Shown here: piece after piece, positions 31,995 through 46,264 of the stretch | How the letters are laid out: each line of letters opens with the position of its first letter | Numbering within the stretch: position 1 is the stretch's first letter | The notes under the pieces: model-generated | Told to the model about the DNA's origin: nothing | The model's database searches: none | The model's input: only the letters and a program-made list of their open reading frames with translations | Translations under genes and position numbers: made by a program | DNA from: Takakia lepidozioides | Lineage: Eukaryota; Plantae; Bryophyta | Length of the DNA stretch: 64,000 bases | Reading direction: 5' to 3' | Assembly: GCA_030704615.1 (NCBI GenBank) | Contig: CM060731.1 | Location: 13,950,001 to 14,014,000, forward strand

Positions 31995-32675
31995 GTGCGA
32001 CCTCCAAATGGTGGTGGTCGCAGAATTTATCTCATTTTTTAATAATTGCGACCATCAGCAGAGGGGTTGTCGCAGCATTTTTTGTTTTTTAAAAATAGAT
32101 GCGACCACCAGCAGGGGTGATCGCATTTTTTTCTTTTCTTAAACAGTTGCGACCACCGCTACTGGTGGTCCCACAATTTTTATTTTATTTGTAATATGTG
32201 CGACCACCATCAAGGGGGGTGGTCGCAACATTTTTCTATTTTTAATATCTGCGACCACCGGCATGGGGGGTGGTCGTAGCATTTTACTGTTTTTTTAATA
32301 GGTGCGACCACCAGCATGGGGTTGGTCGCAGATTTTTTTGTTTTTTTTTTTGTTTTTAAGAAATATTCTTTGTGACAACGAGCATGGGGGGGTGGTCGCA
32401 ACATTTTTCTTTTTTTTAATAGGTGCGACCACCAGCATGGGGGTGGTCGCAGAAATTTTCTATTTGTTTAATAGGTGCGACCACCAGCAGGAGGGTGGTC
32501 GCAACAATTTTTATTTTTATTTTTTTTAAATAATCTCTGTGACCACAAGCATGGGGGTGGTCGCAGCATTTTTATTTATTTTTAATAGGTGCGACCACCA
32601 GCATGAGGGTGGTCGCAGCAGTTTTTACAAAAAAATAACATGCAATTTCCTCGTGCGACCTAGAGCGGTCGCAGC
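31995..32675. repeat. Array of ~13 palindromic units GCGACCACC-n-GGTGGTCGC with T-rich spacers
   Basis: Units recur every ~50-65 bp upstream of the hAT transposase promoter. Confidence 0.9.
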
Positions 32676-32805
32676 AATGGATTTAATTCGTCGAGCGTGT
32701 GAGGCTTAGAGGCTGGAGGGTATATAAGGTGGTCCCAATGCCCCTCACTTCTTTTGTGACAAACACTTTTGTGGCGAGTGAATGTTCTCTATTCCTTGAG
32801 CAAGA

Positions 32806-33879
32806 ATGTCAGCCCAAGAGGTGGGTGCGGACCGTTTGCTGTTGTGGATCCCTTGGTTCACCATAGACCCGCACAAAAAGGATGGTGTTCAATGCAATCT
32901 TTGTGCATTGAAGCTGGCGGGTCGCAAAGATCGCATGTTATATCACCTTGGCTACAAAGATGGGAAGAATGCAGGGGTTAGTTTGTGCCCAAAAGCCTCC
33001 ATGCGAATGAAAGCCCACTTTGCTCAATGTGGAGGCAATATCCCATCGTCTCTTGATGTGGCCGCGACTTCTGAGCCAAACACTCCAGGTTCGAATCAAA
33101 CTGTCCCTCAGAGTTGTACCCAGGGGGATTCTTGCGAGGCGTCTGCTGTTCGTGGAGAAGCCGGTGGGTCAAGAGCAACACCCGATTGTACGCCAGCACT
33201 TGTACGGACCAGACCATTGAGGCAACAATCAATGCAAGAAGGCTTAAATTTGTCACACAGGAGGACTCTGGATAAGAAGTGGGCCCAATTTTTCTACGAG
33301 GCCAATATTCCGTTCAATGTCTCGAGACTTCCTGCGTTTGTGGCTGCTGTCAAAGCCATATCCAATTCCAAGTCCACATACACACCTCCGAGTTATCGCG
33401 ATCTCCGCACATGATTGCTAGAAGAAGCTATGTCCAACCTCATCCAAAAGGTGAATGAAAAGATAGGTGATTCTCTCCGGAAATATGGAAGCACTATATG
33501 TGCGGACGGTTGGAGTTATGTTACTAATCGACCACTGTTCAATGTCATGTTGGTCTGTCCTACGGGGGAACAATTTTTGGGATCCGCTGACACAAACAGG
33601 GAGAGAAAAGATGCACGTTATCAAGTAGGGTTGTTGACGAGTTTCATCAATAAAATTGGAGCTGATAAAATTGTCCAAGTGTGCACGGACAATGCATCTA
33701 ATATGGTTAATATGACCGACATTTTGATGGTACGGTATTTACGACCGCAAACGGATGGTTCGCACGGACTTGCATTATGCGGGGGCCTTGCTGAATCCAT
33801 TCTTGCTGGACAATACGGATTTGAGAGACGATGTGGATGCCAAAGTTGGGCTTGTACGGGTCATCATGCAACTCGCACC
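32806..33879 (+). pseudogene. hAT transposase (BED finger + DUF659 region), internal stop and deletion
   Basis: CNLC...MLYHL...C; FFYEANIPFN; PPSYRDLRT*LL; ICADGW; VCTDNASNM; then a jump to LHYAGALLNP. Confidence 0.85.
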
Positions 33880-34429
33880 TGTCATGCGCATACATATCGC
33901 TACACAACTACATCGTTGTCCAAAACCACACAACACATGTGCACGCCACACATTAGTATAACACTAATCCACCACTAGTCCAGCCACTAGTCCTACCACT
34001 AGGCTACAACTAGTCAGTCACTAGGCTGTCACTATGCTGCCCACTGGCAGTCACTAGTCCACACAATCGCCCCCCTAGCTGGTGCTTAGGTCCCTCTAAG
34101 TCCAAGTAGCCACAAAATGTGATAGTGACCATAGTCTCACTAAGTCCTCAACCACTGTCCCTACTACTCTCAAACTCGATAGATCAACAGGCCGGGTGCA
34201 AGAGTTGCCCCATCATTAGTCGCCATCTTACAACCTGTGAACTTGAGCCTGGGATCTCGTGTATTGACTCCTATGAGCTTGGCCTCCCATGTCCTGCTAG
34301 CTGCCTCTAGTCACGTCCACTGCCACTATCCCAAGCAGTGTGGACATAACCAATCTCTATCATGAACCCTCTCAATAGGTGGTGTCAAGCATCCCATATG
34401 TCAATCTCTTGAGCATCGATCACACACCA
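33880..34429 (-). mobile_element. 3' remnant of a third DNMT-Gypsy copy: PHD end, 3' UTR, PPT, single B repeat
   Basis: Reverse complement of ~29033-29584; B spans 33880-34065 and ends ...CATGACA directly against hAT coding sequence. Confidence 0.92.
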
Positions 34430-35670
34430 AGAGTTTTTTTCCTAACTAATGAACCTAATTTGACTCAAATCAGAGTTAACCCCAGTAAGAACTGGATGGT
34501 TAAAGAAACCTAACCAACCCAAAACGGCTGGGTTTGACACTTAAGGGTTAAGCAAATTTAGCAAGAGGCAAGAAAAGATGAAAATCTACTCAAGCTGAAA
34601 TATGATATGGATTTCCTCATAACAGCCCGACCGGAAGGTTCGACCACACGACCTAGCTGTGCGCATCCGAATATCCTGACAAGCAGCGCAAAGTGCAGAT
34701 GCAGAGCAAGGCAGGAGAGCCCGAGATATATAACAAGAAGAGAGAAGCGGGCCGCTTCCTCGGAGACCCCACCACGTGGAAGAGAGGAGCTTTGATCCTG
34801 TGAGCGCAGCCCCACACTCGGCCCTACAGCGACGCAGCCTCTCTATCTCTTCCTCTCGCTCTCAGGGAATCTGTGTCTTGATCTTGGCCCGCAGCACTGA
34901 TTTGTCGAAATCACCCCATTTGCAAGGTGTTTCTCTCACTGGGTTTCCTACGAGCTGCCCCAATTATGGTTTTGGATGGTCTACTGAGATGTGTCCGTTG
35001 TTGATGTCGCTACCTTCTCATGCGTTGTGTTTGACGGATGCGTGGTCCTGTTGGATCGTGTTTGTTTTCCTAGATCGGTTCAGATTTGGCCGTTGGAATT
35101 TCTGTCATCGTGTTGCATTGTTTCTCAGCTACCGTTCTCCGGTTCCTGCCTGAAATGGGCTCTCACTGGTAAAAGGCGAATTATGAAAGAAGAGATGTTC
35201 TCTTGTACATGCATGTACAATTGGCAGTTGTGTGCAGAGGTGGTTGCTTAAATGCACGAGTAACGGAGTACCACATTGGCTGGAACACTCATTTAGGACA
35301 CAATAAGTCCTAGGGCCGATCCCAACACGATAGAGATTAGGTCTTTGATTGGTATACTTTGAAGGGACCACATATTGTGGTAAGATGTGAGTTGCCACCG
35401 AGTCCTTCTCTTGATACTAGCGAACCTCGAGGTTTTCTTGGGTGGAAGGTTGCACACTTCAAACCAGTGCAATGTTTAAGCATGGGCAATGGTTGCCTGC
35501 TTGGGAAGCCTGTTCATGAATCGCAATTTTATGGGAGGATGTTAATATGGTTCCTATGGCATTCAAAGTTCTGCTTGTATTCTCGCAAATTGCACTTTTG
35601 CCGTTTGGGCAAGTGTATACTTATGCTGATTTTCGAACATCTTGATGGGGTTACAGGTACCTTTCCAAGA

Positions 35671-38600
35671 ATGCAGAACAATGGGGACTATTTAGCTCCA
35701 CCGCCTGTTGAAGGAGTTGGGGGAGGTGGCACTGGGTATGGCTGGAATGACTCCAGTTTAAAAAGTTCAGTCACCATAGCTAGAGTGATCGATGTGTCCC
35801 GACAACCTACTGCTGATTTGTTGCACGTTTGGTGTATGCCAAGCACAGCTACTATTGGACACCAGGAGCCCCCTCGGCCCTTAGAACAGGTCAGTGTTGA
35901 TCGAATTTTGAATGACTGTTGGTGGAGTATGCAGTACCCGCATTACTGGCAAGTGGAAACTTATTCACAACCATTTCTTGTAGTGGCATTCATAACTTTG
36001 ACCAGGGCTGATTTACAGCCGGATTTTGTTCAAGTCTTCTGTAGCCCAGGCCATAAGCAGAGTCTTAAGATAGCTTCCAGATTTTGTGACTAGAAACCAG
36101 GACATTTAGGAGTCAATTGGAAACTTCTTATAATGGTTGTTGGGCTTTCCTGGAGATCAATACCAGGGTCTTCCTTTGAAAGAAAAGGTTACCTGTGAGA
36201 GGCATTGCTTTACCATGAAAAACATTGGATTCAGCGATATATTGATATTGCCTTAACACACTTGGAGCTTTCACTTCCTCTTTCTTTCTGTGAGTATGAT
36301 TTTCTTAGTTTGGCACTTTCAAGTTCGTTTGTTTTGCTTGAAAGAATTGAAGTTCAGACCACATGTGGCGTTTCTGTGGCCAGATATCTTTGTTAGCAGC
36401 CAGGAATGAAAGGGAGAGTGCACAGATTGCATTGCGCCCCAAAATATCTTGGACTGGGGATGGAATGGCTGGACATGTCCAGATACATTGTTCAGATCTC
36501 TGCAGCAGCTCTGGTCACAAGTAATCACTAGTCTGGTTTTGACTGAGAGTCTGGGATGTGCTGTCGGGCTTGTCGTGATCATGCATGACAAGAGGAACCG
36601 ACACCTATCTGTTGATGATTTTGCATCTTTGACTCTTCTGGTCTCTTTGTTGCAGCCTACATGGAAATCACACATTTTGGTTTCTTGTAGAGTTTTTAAC
36701 ATGAAAAAATTGCAATGGAAAGTGATGGATGCACTCATCAGACTTTAGTTGCTATAGCCTTTGTGCCATAGACTAAAAAGGAGGGGAGGGGGACTGGAGG
36801 AGAGCTGTATATTAAGCTGTTTCTTGACCTCCAAGAAGTCCTTTTCTATAGCATCAGCTTGAATATGTGGAAGAGCTACACTGGGGGGAGGTTAAGCCTA
36901 TTCTGACTGTGGCCGCATCAAGGCAGGCTGCAAGCGGGGAAAGAGGTGACATTGCGTCGGGTGGTGCCTGTGCTGGGGGTGCCTGATGCTCTCATTCCCG
37001 TGGAGTTGCCAACATCACGAGTTGGCTTGCTACCTGGGTGCGCCTTCTGCCAGTTCGTCATCCTTGATGTTTTGCTCATAAGACTCTCAGACGTTGATGT
37101 TTGTCACTCTTGCGGTCCTTCACTGACTTCAAGTTCCTTGATGATGCAGAGAGACATCAGCCTTATGGGTGTCTGTGGATGTGCCAGCTTCACAGCCTCC
37201 TGGATTCTATGCAGGCGAGATCTGTGTCACAGCCATGAGGCCCGATACCGAGTATGTATCTTGGACTTCACAATGCACCCCTTCTACATGAAACTCCCTG
37301 ACGAAATAATTCGTCTGTGGACTGTAATGGTGTTGAGTGCCTTTCATGCATCAAGAAGCACTGTTTTGGATGTTTGCGAGTAGACACTTTTTCCCCTTGT
37401 TTTTGACTTTGAGAGGAATTTAGATGCTCCTTTAATGTTTAATGGATGTGACATTCCCCCCCTCATTCACTCGGTTGCTGGGTTACTAATTTGTTCTAAT
37501 TCTGAAACGACAATGGAATTCTCAATTTGGTGGAAGTAAAGAGTGGTTCTGCATTGTTTGCAGTTGTGCTGTTGGGGAGAAGGTTGAATGCGAGAAAGGG
37601 GATATAAAGAAGGGGCTGCAGGGTTGCTTGAGGGAAGCTGAAGCAGGCATAAGCAAATCGCCCCAAGAGTTGGTGCGCCTTCTGTCCACTTGGAAATGGG
37701 AGTGGTGTTCATTAAGAAGCCTTTCATGAGGGAACCCGACGGTGTGGCATAGCTGCAGGTCTCTCGGTGAGCAACAGAAATGCCCCATCGTTTGGGCTCC
37801 CATGTGAAAGCTACAGCCTATTTTTCCTATGTTTCATTCTTGTCCTATGTCTAATTTTATAGGGGCGTCACAATGTGACTTGCAGTGGTGGTCTAATTGT
37901 TTTAATAGAAAGCTTGACCAATGTAATCAAGTTTCGTACCAACGCACATTACTGCCAACGTAACCTGTGCTCAGATCAGCATGACTGAGAGCTGGCCATC
38001 AATGCTGAACTGGATGGGTTGTGTCCTGTGGGTCTATGGTTTAAGTGAGTAAAACTAGACCATGTACAGTAGTGGCGAATGATTTAGCAAGAGGTCCGTG
38101 TACTCCCATCTATGACATACTCTGTCATCTCACAAGAGCAGATCTCTTCCTGGAGTACAGATACCACGTTAATAATGGGCCTTCTCCAGATTGGATGAGG
38201 TTATATGTGCTCTGCTTGGTGTCTGTTGGGCACAAGGTTTGTGTTTGGAAGAACTCTAAAGGTCTGGTTTTTAATTTGCTGGTTTCATCTCAACTGTTGA
38301 ATACAGACCTATGAAGAGCCTGATTAAAACCTGACATAACCACAATGTGGAACTGGAGAGCATCCTTGTGCAATCTAGAGGGTCAGACACTTTTGGCGGG
38401 TCCTTACCTAGGAGAGGGGTCTGCATGGCAGACAGCGGCCCTTCTTGCCATCTGTGGGGGCTTGCAGCAGCTCCTTCAGTCGCCACTTATTGCTGCAAGT
38501 TGTGGAGAGAATGGAAAAATGGAGATTGACGATGAATGTCCAACCTTCCTTTCAGTCCGCATACCATTCAATGTCACTGTGTGGGATTTCGAATTGCCTA

Positions 38601-41600
38601 TCACGCCATCGCTTCCGGCTGTCTTTGGTGTATCCTTTCTCCAGCATAATTCTTTCCTGAAAATTTGTAACAGTAGCTGGTCTGTCAGGAACAAATTGTC
38701 GCATTCATTGCATACATGGAAGCATTAATTAGAAATGTTGTTGATAGAAGGAGCCTGAAGTAGGCCACCACCACAACTCATGGTGAAGTTGTAACCTGTT
38801 AGGGCCCGTCTCCTGTTCTGGAGACGGGCATGTTTTCTCAGCCACTTACAGTACACTGGCATTTTTACAGTCACATCATCACCCTAGAGAGACTCAACCT
38901 GAAAGTACCATTCTGGGAGACAATATCTCTCTCCATGGTTGGATGGATCAAGAATGCCTTAGAAAATGCCAGTAGGTGGCGCAAGTTTCAAACTAAGAAG
39001 TATTAGGACCAAATGTAAATGAAACTGATGCTGGTCTGTGACTCTTTGACCTCAAGCCTGGAAGATTTCAGAGACAGTGATAGAGGACCGCTTCGGGTTG
39101 GACCATGGCAGCCAGGGCTGGTACAATTCACTTGACATGCATTATCAATGGTTGTTACGATATCGACTGAGCCCTTACTTCTGTCGATGGGGTGACAACA
39201 TGCGTGTACTCACCTACACTTGCCCGTGGGCTGGTAATCACCTCCTGTTTAAGTACATACATGACAGCTAGTTACTGAGGTTATTTTGATGTTGACACTT
39301 CTCTCATTGTTATTCTTTTTCTTACTTGTGACTTAGTGTTGTTCTAGTGATGTGGGAAATGTCTGCTTATCGGCGCCTCTGTGAGTGCTCAGTGGTTGCT
39401 GACAATCACAATCATCCCCCTGTGAGCTGTTGATATGGGGCTTTGGTGCAAAGCTAGTGCCTTAAAGTTTCAGTGATTAGGTAGTGCAAGCTTCCCAAAG
39501 GAAAATTTTAACATTCTTTGGCTTAGAATCAGCTGTTGCTTAATCACAATAAAAACCGAGTAGTTGCTATACAAAAGAAGAAGAATGATGCCTACGAGAG
39601 CCACGGTAATTTAGGTGGCTCATTGACCCACTGGGCCCCCTCCCCCGTGGCTGGGTCAACCATAATGCAGAACCAACAAGCCGTGAAGCTCAATGTGAAT
39701 CTTGCATTGTGACCTAAGTTGGAGGTTAGAGTACCCAAGACCTCAGAGGCTAAGCACTGGGCTATCTGTTATGAAGTACATGTATCAAGATGAGACTGCT
39801 TGGCACATAATATACTTGCAACTCAGTGCTCATGGGAGTGAGAGGGTATATGCAGCGGACCATCCCAAGGCTGAAGAGTACTATGCGGATCCGAAACTTG
39901 CAGCCTATGCCGTGCCTTATGCTCCTGTGCTTTCCTCGTAAGTTTCTTACAACTTGCATGCTCGGTATCAGTCTTCTGGTTGCTTGTATGGGGCCAATCA
40001 AGCGGTTCTTCATTTACCAGGTAAGAAGATTTGGTTGTTGGCTTAGGAAAGTAGAATCATATACATATAAGGCAAGGTCTAACTTGTTAATAGATTGTTG
40101 GGGGATGTTGATATCTGGTCCACAATAATATATAATCCGTGCAATTGGGGTGAAGGGAAAGCTTTACTGACTATGTTACTGCCACCGAGTCTGGTCCTCA
40201 GTACTCAGAGTGGCCACACTTTGTGGGCCGGTAGGATTTTACACACTGTATAGCACATCAGTGTTTTATATTTATTTGCGTGCACCCTCTGCCTGGCATG
40301 ATACTGTGTCAGCTGTATATTATGTTGGCATTTTGTCAAAGTAGGTCATAAATTGTGGGATATCGATGGGTGCAGCTCTGCGACCGCGAAAGATGTGGTG
40401 AGACATGAATTAGAGATCTTGAAAACCAAACCGCACTGGAGGAAAGCGTACTTTTATCTGTGGGATGAGGTATGATACTTTATGCTATTCTCATTCAACA
40501 GACTGCTGCCTCCCGCTCTTATTCAGAAGGGCTAAAGCATCAAAGTTAGATTTGGACAATAACAGTGAAAGAATAGTTGTGGTGGCTATCATAATACAAA
40601 ATGACCACAAATTTGTAAACGTATGCTATTCTTACCTACAGTGGTACAGGAGGCAGAACCCTAAGTGACACTCACGTATCAAGATGCGTCAAAGACTGAA
40701 AGGTACCGAGATAGCTGAAATCAGGTTGTTTGTTTTCTGGGTGGCAGCCTGTAGGCCTTGAGCAGTACGAGAGCATTCGCACGATGGCAGAGGAAATCAG
40801 AGCCACAGCACCTGATGCACGAGTTTTGACGACCTACTACTGTGGTACATATCAATGCCACCCCACCTAGTCGGGAAAGTGCTGCCGGATGAGTCTACTG
40901 TCACTGGAAGGGCTGGTGCAATAGTAACCAAATTCCATGGCGGCAAAATGTTGATTGCTATGCAGGCAATCTCTGTCACGTTTTCATTGTCCAAACCAGG
41001 CGTGGTTCTATAGCCGCCGTATGGCAAGATTCTAACATTTTGCATGTGCTCACACAGGACCCAACGATGCTTCTGTGGCTCCAGGGAGTTTTGAGGCCTT
41101 TGTGAAAGTGCCCACCTTTCTGCGGCCACATACACAGATCTTCTGTACCAGGTAATGGACTAAGTCTTCGGATGTTTAGTTGAGCACAGAGCTATGTCAT
41201 AATGATGAGTGGTGGTGATGGTGTGGGACGCTAAGGAGGTAAAAGTTGTTGAATCACAGGAGCTTTTTCCAAGTGATTGTCTTTGTTCTTTTGTTTGCTA
41301 ATTTGTGGACTATTGTCAACATCCAACATTCAGTGAGGGGTCTTAGCAATTCTTTCTATAGTTCAAAGCTAGTTAGTTTTCATTCGCTAAACTCGTGTGC
41401 TTGCCATAGCTGTTTAATTATACTTTTCACCCAAGAAAAGTCCCTTGTGGATGGACAACAAGAATGCAAATCAGAGTACTAGGATACCTCATCACGGGTA
41501 ACCAACCTTGGAGACTGACTATTAGTCTACGATGATGAGTAACAAGGGCAGACCTAGTTATCGCGGTTGTGGCTTTCTTGAGTAGAGACCTCTTTGATGC

Positions 41601-44367
41601 TGGGAGTCTGATCTTTCCTGTTGCTACCTGTCAATTGCATTGAGCTCTCAACAGGATGAAGTGGGAAATTGTTGGGACTGCAGTGAGTGGGTGCTGGGAG
41701 GCAGGGAGGATCTGGTTAAAGAAATTACCAACGAACTTCAGGAGGAAAATCATGAGGTAAGTCAAGAAAACTGTAGCATCTGAAAACATCAGCTCACAAA
41801 TATGCTTCTGAAAAGAATATGCCAATATTTAGTGCCAGCAGGAGATTGTCTAGAAGTCGGATTAGATGTATCAGTGTTCCAGAATGCAAATTATCTTGAG
41901 AAACTTGATTGCAGAAGCGTGGATACATTTGAATTAAACTAAAACAGTGTCCTGTAATAGGACCTGTTAAGGCGTAGACAGAGAGGGGTATAGGAGAGGT
42001 TAAAGGAAATTACCAACAAACTTCAGGAGGAAAATTGTGAGGCAAGTCAAGCTAACTACAGCATCTGAAAACATCAGCTCACAAATATGCTTCTGAAAAG
42101 AACATGCCAATATTTGGTGCCACCAGTAGAAGTCAGAGTAGATGTTAAGGTGTCCCAGAGTGCAAATTATCTTGAGAAACTTGATTGCAGAAGCATGGAT
42201 ACATATGAAGTAAACTAAAATAGTGTCCTGTAATAGGACCAGGGGTTACTTAATACTGTTGTCAAAATAAACTGAGGGGAATGAAGGCAAGGAGGTGGGG
42301 GGAGCCCATGTTCATGGTATGGGAGATGCATTTGAGGCTATCAAGGCATAACTAGAGAAGGGGACAGGAGAGCAGAAATGAGTCACCATCAGCTCGCTCT
42401 GCTGGTGGGACATACCTTAGTTATGACATTGATTCTGACTCTGTACTGTTGCATTATGGAACAGTCACTTCAGCAGGATAGGTCAATGTTGGACCTTGAG
42501 TGGCATAGCCTTGTGGACATACACCCCATTGAATTTAGCTGAAACCAAGAGGAGACAGGGGGGGGGGGTAGTGCAAGGAGAGGTAGAATGGGGGATCCCC
42601 CAGATCGTGAAAGGTTTACCCCCTCAGTGGGATGGACCATAAACATCTAGTTGATCTGGTTTTACAGATGTGCTCAAGAAAGCTCTTAACTATACATCAT
42701 TGATGCACATATTCACCCCAGAATTCAGTCCCAAGAAGGGCCACAGCTTTCAACATTTCTCGAGCCGCTGGAACTAAGCAGTTGAGGTGCTGAGACAGTC
42801 CCTTTGTTACTTTCTGGTAGGGCTTCTTGTTCAAACGAATACCATGCTGATGCGTTGAAAACAATTCAGAAAGTAACAAACAGCCTCTTACCTAGTGGTG
42901 ACACCAGTTCTAGTGTGTGAAGAGGTTCAGAGTAGACTTGCACAAGTCTTCAGGTCGTTCATTTTTTACCAGGATTTCCTCCATGGCTTACTACTTGTGG
43001 CCTTGATTTTCTCCTCTCACATGTCCATGAGGAGAGGACTTGGAAGTCTTTCATCCACCCTCCTCAGCCACATTAAGGCCTGTTTGACAGGTTGGTCTGC
43101 TGGTACCACGCCGCAGAGGTTTTAAAGGCCCTGATTGCTTTTGTGCAGGAGTGGTGGACATATGTGTGCATGGGCCCAGCAGACCTCCACCCGAATTGGC
43201 ATCTGGGCATGCGTGGCACCCAGCACCGTGCAGTGATGTGGCGTGTCTGGAAAGAGGGCGGCACTGGCTTTTTGTACTGGGGTGCAAATTGCTATGAAAA
43301 GGCAATGGCTTCGGCTGCGGAGGTATTTTTCCTTAGCTTGTGCACATGTATATCAGATAGTAGGAAGCCGCTCCATTCCCAGTTGTGGCTCTTCAAGAAT
43401 CTCTGAGGCTTGTTGCTCTCTAGAGTCCGTTTTGCAAGTTGCAGTCGTTACTATTTTTTCGTTAGACTATTGAGGAACATGGATGATACACTCGCTACGC
43501 TTTGCTTGCTATAGCTCTGTCTGGCTGTAGATCCTAGCAGAAAGGGGGGTGGGGGAGGAGATGAGGGATGAGCCACATCCCCCAGTAGTAGGATGTACTT
43601 TAAATTGTAGGTTTTGTGGCCCAAAGTCGTAACTGCCTTCAAAGGGGTGCAGAGTGACAAACAGTTGAATTGGTGACATTTGATAAGGTCCAGAGGGAAC
43701 CAGGAGTAGGAGATACCGATCTCCCAATGGTCTCTACTGCCAAGATAACGCATAATGTAGATAAATTTTCAGTTTTCTTTTTTGAGTAAAGTTGATGAAG
43801 AGGGAGGGAGATGATACTTCTGCGCTTGTGGGTAGCAGCTGCTCAAGTTTTTCATTGTGTCTGACTTGTTTGTGGTTCCAATGAATTTCTAGATACGGTT
43901 TCGTCGGGGGCTACCTCCTGGTGATGGAGTTCTATTTTACCCTGGGGAGGTCTTCACACCAGGTGCTACCCTACCTGTTGCATCTGTGCGCCTGGAACGG
44001 ATAATGAGTGGTATGCAGGTATGTAATCTTTATGTTCTTGTCTTCACGTCCAATTCTCTCTGCAATTAGAACAGCCTCATAATCTGGCGACATTTCCGTA
44101 GTTTCAGTACTGTCACGGATCTGATGTGCTTTTTAACCATTATATTCTTTCTCAAAGGAAACTATCTGCTTACTTATCAGTATGGTGCATTTCTGCAAGG
44201 ACTTCGAGTATCTGCAACTGTACTCCACCATGTATGGGCGGCCAGCGGCATTGACTCTCCTAGAAAAGACGGGGATGTATTATGGACCCGAGCGGTACAC
44301 ACATGAGCACGGACCTATTGAGTCCATGCGGGGGGAGGTTTACCGCTCCTATCGGCCAACAACGTAG
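35671..44367 (+). CDS. Spliced gene, At1g45150-like DUF4091 / GH123-like protein
   Basis: Exons PVEGVGGGGTGYGWND...HVWCMPS; LLAARNERESAQIALRPK; YRLSPYFCRWG; HWRKAYFYLWDE; EWWTYVCMGP...HPNWHLGMRG...GFLYWGANCY; PPGDGVLFYPG; DFEYLQLY. GT-AG borders; start uncertain. Confidence 0.88.
41714..42240 (+). repeat. Tandem duplication (~250 bp) of an exon end plus intron start
   Basis: 41714-41964 repeated at 41998-42240. Confidence 0.85.
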
Positions 44368-46264
44368 GGTCCAGCCCCATGAAAATCTTTTGTATCATAG
44401 TGGGCCTAATTGTAGTTATCTTGGGACTTAGACTGGATAGAGCTGTTGAAGCTTGCGAGCATTTTCAAGATACCATTAGATTTAAAATCAACAGAAATTT
44501 ACATATTATACAGCCATTGAGGCTACAAATTGATCAGATGAAAGCCAAATATGTGACAGTACATGAACAATCCCATGTTTATGTGTAGGCAAGTTTTGGA
44601 CTCATTGCACATATTTGTCCCATAGTCAAAAGGTAGGGCTCCCAGTATATGGTGGTCGATTTCTTACCGAGGCATGGACAAAAGCCAAAACGTTGGTTGC
44701 ATTGTCTGTGGAAGATACCGACAATGCTGCACATGGCATTGAATGACAGTAAGGCCAAAGGCCCACCAGTATCTAAGATTTTGATTTGAACCTTGGCTAG
44801 TTTGATTGGCTCCACCGAATGTTTCGATAAGGAGCAATGTAAACTGGTGACCTTTTATACTGGCCAATGTGGGCGGAACCATGCGAGGTCATTTGGTGCA
44901 ATCTGCATTTTTAGAGATTTTGAGTTTTAGGTCTTCTTCACTGGCCACACTCATGATCAGGGTTGATTGATAAAAGTATAAGAACAACAAACATTTAGCC
45001 CAGTGGTAAGACCATAACCTGCTTCACCGGTCATAAAGGTCCACCTTCCCCTGGAAGGCAGTAACCGGAAAGTGATACCATAATTTATGCTTGCTTGGGC
45101 AACGCTTCCACATTTTCTTTTTGTAAAGGGTGATCCCTTCCTTTTTCTTGGAATTGAATGGCGGCGTCCTCTTGCACTTGATTGTCTTTTGCAGTCCACT
45201 TCTAGTGGTTTTACATGTTTCCTGTTGCGAGTTATCATTCGCATGTTTGAAATCCTGCCAAAAATGCCACAACTCTTAGTATGACAGAAGCTTAGTTTGT
45301 GATGGCAAGTTAGGCCAGGTTTTATATAACTCTGAATATACATTTTTGGTGGTTTAGTCTGATATTTGCTGGGAGATGCCCCAGAATGTGGAGGCCAATC
45401 ACTGAACAAGATTTTGCAAAATGGCAAAAAGCAATGGTCAAAGCAAATTTTTGATTTGTTTTCAATTTAGGCCACTTTCTTTTGCTATAATATCCCATTT
45501 GCAATGATCAAATCTCCTGAGATTTTTTCACAGTCTTCATCATGTCACTAGGGATGACATTGTACGGTTCATCCATGGATGTATGGGGGTAGGAAGATAC
45601 AGCTAGGCAATGCAGGGTATATACACTTTTTGTCCAAAAGTGCTGGAATTTAGCTCGTCCTGTAGGGGATAAACTTGAAGAAAAAACCCCTTTGAAAGTC
45701 ACTGGCCGCAAGGCAATAAAATAATTTTTTAACATGTAGTTAGGTGGGGTTTCCTTGGAAACAAAAAAAAAAGGAAAAAGAAGGTGGATAACTCAAGTTG
45801 GAGAAGCTCTGACCTTGCCTAACATATCAAAATCTGCAACCAAAATTGCAACCCAAGTTGGGGGGCAGTGAAAAGTTGAAGGGATGAGGTGGAAAAGGAA
45901 GACTGGAAGCGCAAACTTGTCTCCACAACGCTACATGGAGCTGCCAAGGCGAGCTTACACATACTAAGGGGTGCTCAGTGCACAATGAGAATCACCCCAC
46001 TGAGTGGAACATAATCATATTTACTGGATGAAAACATTCTCCCTGGAAATGGCTCAACCTAGCTATTCACAGTGATGACCATTAGGCATTCCAATGTGTC
46101 AAGTTTTTTTTTTGAATCCACAATGTCAACATCATTGGTGCCAAACATTTTACATGTTACTTCACATTTAGATGGCAAGTTTTAAACAAGAAAAAGGATG
46201 ATTAAACCTTGTTGTGACCCAATGCATGCGATCACAACACATGAAACACATGAAACAAAAACTG

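Larger units (their letters stand above)
31802..33879 (+). mobile_element. hAT DNA transposon, 5' part (3' end lost at the Gypsy remnant)
   Basis: CAGGGTTG-type terminus at 31802, subterminal array, TATATAA at ~32721, transposase ORFs. Confidence 0.8.

Noticed and set aside
31995-32675. CRISPR array
   Set aside because: Eukaryotic context, degenerate repeats, low-complexity related spacers, no cas genes; lies in a hAT subterminus.
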